A stretch of 63,960 nt of DNA, counting the filler, from Reticulomyxa filosa (taxonomy: Eukaryota; Protista; Foraminifera): the NCBI GenBank assembly GCA_000512085.1. It is 23 parts of 23 records of this genome, joined end to end, with 100 filler letters (N's around TTAATTAATTAA, not from the genome) between each part and the next. Parts side by side here need not be neighbours in the genome. Positions count along the whole stretch, not along the records: positions 57,963 to 62,814 come from ASPP01024079.1; positions 62,915 to 63,960 come from ASPP01012157.1; 21 more parts are not named here. One strand, given 5' to 3'. Every line of letters begins with the position of its first letter. Position 1 is the stretch's first letter. Below, in pieces: positions 62,318-63,960 of the stretch. The position numbers were made by a program, and so were the translations under genes. Below the pieces are notes generated by a model. That model saw only the letters and a program-made list of their open reading frames with translations, did not search any database and was not told where the DNA came from.

Positions 62318-62752
62318 TTACAGCTTGCTCTTAGGGCTAGAATGTTCCTTTTTGGGTTTCCTTTGGAAGACCATTTTCTTCAAAGCAGGATCAGACGAGA
62401 TGATCTTCCCAAGGGCGTTGCTCGAAGTCATCCAGCATCCTCCATCAACGACCAGACAAATCCCGGTGATGTAGGTGGCAGAATCGCTGGCCAAGAATAA
62501 GCAAGCGTCCGCAACTTCCTTGGAAGTACCAAACCTCGCGATTGGTCCTTGCATGATGGCAGAAAGTCTGCGAGAGTCCTTGTCATTTTTTTGCTGTTTC
62601 TCAAACAAGAAGCCGCCGAGTTTTTCAAATCCGGTGGTGGCCTCGATGGGTCCAGGGGCCACACTGTTCACACGAATGTTGTATTCACCCCATTCAACCG
62701 CCAAATGTCGAGTAAGTGCATCAATTGCAGCTTTCGCAGTTCCGGCATGAGC
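62318..62752 (-). CDS. DECR2: Peroxisomal 2,4-dienoyl-CoA reductase (SDR), last exon
   Basis: AHAGTAKAAIDALTRHLAVEWG..IRVNSVAPGPI..LFLASDSATYITG..VVDGG and a C-terminal PTS1 SKL*. Confidence 0.9.
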   Translation of the reverse strand, partial: AHAGTAKAAIDALTRHLAVEWGEYNIRVNSVAPGPIEATTGFEKLGGFLFEKQQKNDKDSRRLSAIMQGPIARFGTSKEVADACLFLASDSATYITGICLVVDGGCWMTSSNALGKIISSDPALKKMVFQRKPKKEHSSPKSKL

Positions 62753-62914
62753 CTTTTTTACATTTTTTGAAAAAAGAAAATTCTGACCCTTTTTTTTTTT
62801 TTTTTTTTTTTTTTNNNNNNNNNNNNNNNNNNNNNNNNNNNNNNNNNNNNNNNNNNNNTTAATTAATTAANNNNNNNNNNNNNNNNNNNNNNNNNNNNNN
62901 NNNNNNNNNNNNNN

Positions 62915-63343
62915 GATGGCCGCCTCGACATTGCGCCGGAAGAACGCACGGATTTCTTCGAGGTAGCCGGTGACGACGCGGCCGAGTTCGGCGTCGTGCG
63001 GCGCCACGTCGAGCGCGGAATTCACCAGCAGGCAGCCCTTGCAGTCGGGGTCCTTCAGCGAACGCTCGATCACCTCGGCAAGGAACGCTCGGATCGCCTC
63101 ACGGGGACGGTGACCGGCCTCGAGCCGTGCGATGCGCTCGCGGGTCGAACGATTGGCGTAGCGTTCGAGGACGCGCGCGAACAGAGCGCGCTTGCCGCCG
63201 AAGGCATTGTAGAGGCTGGCGCCCCCGATCCCCATCTCGCGCGCGAGGTCGCGCACCGACGTGGCCTCGTAGCCGCGACTCCAGAAACAGTCGACGGCGG
63301 CATCGAGCGCGCGGTCCTCGTCGAATTCCCTCAGGCGAGCCAT
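62915..63343 (-). CDS. Bacterial TetR/AcrR-family regulator (NemR/ComR-like), 3'-truncated
   Basis: MARLREFDEDRALDAAVDCFWSRGYEATSVRDL..MGIGGASLYNAFGGKRALF HTH; KGCLLVNSA. Confidence 0.95.
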
Positions 63344-63360
63344 CGAAATATAAGAGCGCA

Positions 63361-63384
63361 ATTCTGGAGCGGTTGCACTAAAAT
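63361..63384. promoter_or_regulatory. Imperfect palindrome, candidate TetR operator in the divergent promoter
   Basis: ATTCTGGAGCGGTTGCACTAAAAT in the 78-bp intergenic region. Confidence 0.5.
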
Positions 63385-63421
63385 TCGTGTGCGGCTGGCC
63401 CGCAGCGTGCTAGCGAGGGGC

Positions 63422-63960
63422 ATGGCCTATTCGACACCTGCATGGGTTACCCGCGACCATTGGGGTTTCCTGTGCGGCGCCATCATGGCGCTGGGGGCTT
63501 CACTGTCCTTCGCCTCGGCGCGTGCCGGCATCCTGGGCGGCCTGGGCGCCGTCGACATGATCTTCGCGCGCTACATCGTGGCCGCCGCGATCATGCTGCC
63601 GCTGCTCCTGCGTTATGGTGTGCGTGACTTCGCCGGGATCGGCCTGCGCCGGTCGCTGATCCTCACGCTGCTGGGCGGCGCACCCTTCGCCCTGCTGCAG
63701 ACCGGCGGTTATGGATTCGCGCCGCTGGCCCATGGCGCGGTGATCGCGCCGTCGACCGTGACCATCGTCAGTACCATCGGCGCCGCGCTGTTCCTGCGCG
63801 AGCGCTTGAGCCGCAACCACCTGATCGGCGCCGCCATCGTGCTGGCGGGCATCTTCCTGATCGGCTGGGACGGGCTTACGCAGCCTGCGGGCGAGCGCGC
63901 CTGGCTGGGCGATCTCCTGTTTTTCGCGTCGAGCGTGTATGGGCGGGCTTCACCCTGCTG
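63422..63960 (+). CDS. Bacterial DMT/EamA-family transporter, 3'-truncated
   Basis: GAGGGG immediately before ATG 63422; DMIFARYIVAA..GYGFAPLAHGAVIAP..FLRERLSRNHLIGAAIVLAGIFLI..GDLLFF. Confidence 0.92.
   Translation, partial: MAYSTPAWVTRDHWGFLCGAIMALGASLSFASARAGILGGLGAVDMIFARYIVAAAIMLPLLLRYGVRDFAGIGLRRSLILTLLGGAPFALLQTGGYGFAPLAHGAVIAPSTVTIVSTIGAALFLRERLSRNHLIGAAIVLAGIFLIGWDGLTQPAGERAWLGDLLFFASSVYGRASPC

Noticed and set aside
62318-63960. Apparent SDR-TetR-DMT operon
   Set aside because: The SDR is an intron-containing eukaryotic gene with PTS1 on a different contig; the adjacency is an artefact of the spacer.

Overview
This window is not one locus. It is 23 short contigs joined by an artificial 100-bp spacer (44 N + TTAATTAATTAA + 44 N, 22 copies), so adjacency across spacers is meaningless. 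Contigs 1-22 are AT-rich, intron-rich protist DNA. The large WD40 expansion with many pseudogenes, the TM-RGS proteins and the poly-N/poly-Q inserts resemble the foraminiferan Reticulomyxa filosa (inference). Recognisable genes: tandem two-domain cathepsin Z, p24/TMED, Cdc123-like ATP-grasp, EF-hand protein, RGS proteins, mitochondrial aconitase, PP2C, Alba, U-box protein, POMP-repeat surface protein and peroxisomal 2,4-dienoyl-CoA reductase. Mobile DNA includes a decayed non-LTR retrotransposon and Tc1/mariner-like ends. The last contig (62915-63960) is GC-rich bacterial DNA with a TetR regulator and a divergent DMT transporter. Many genes carry 1-nt frameshifts, mostly in homopolymers and probably sequencing errors. 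The best leads are a WH2-C-acidic (Arp2/3 activator) tail on an unrecognised protein, an Alba + EF-hand-like fusion, a 7TM + degenerate HAD fusion, a catalytic-Cys micro-exon in the double cathepsin, and a mid-gene codon-usage switch in aconitase. All calls come from reading the sequence; no searches were run.
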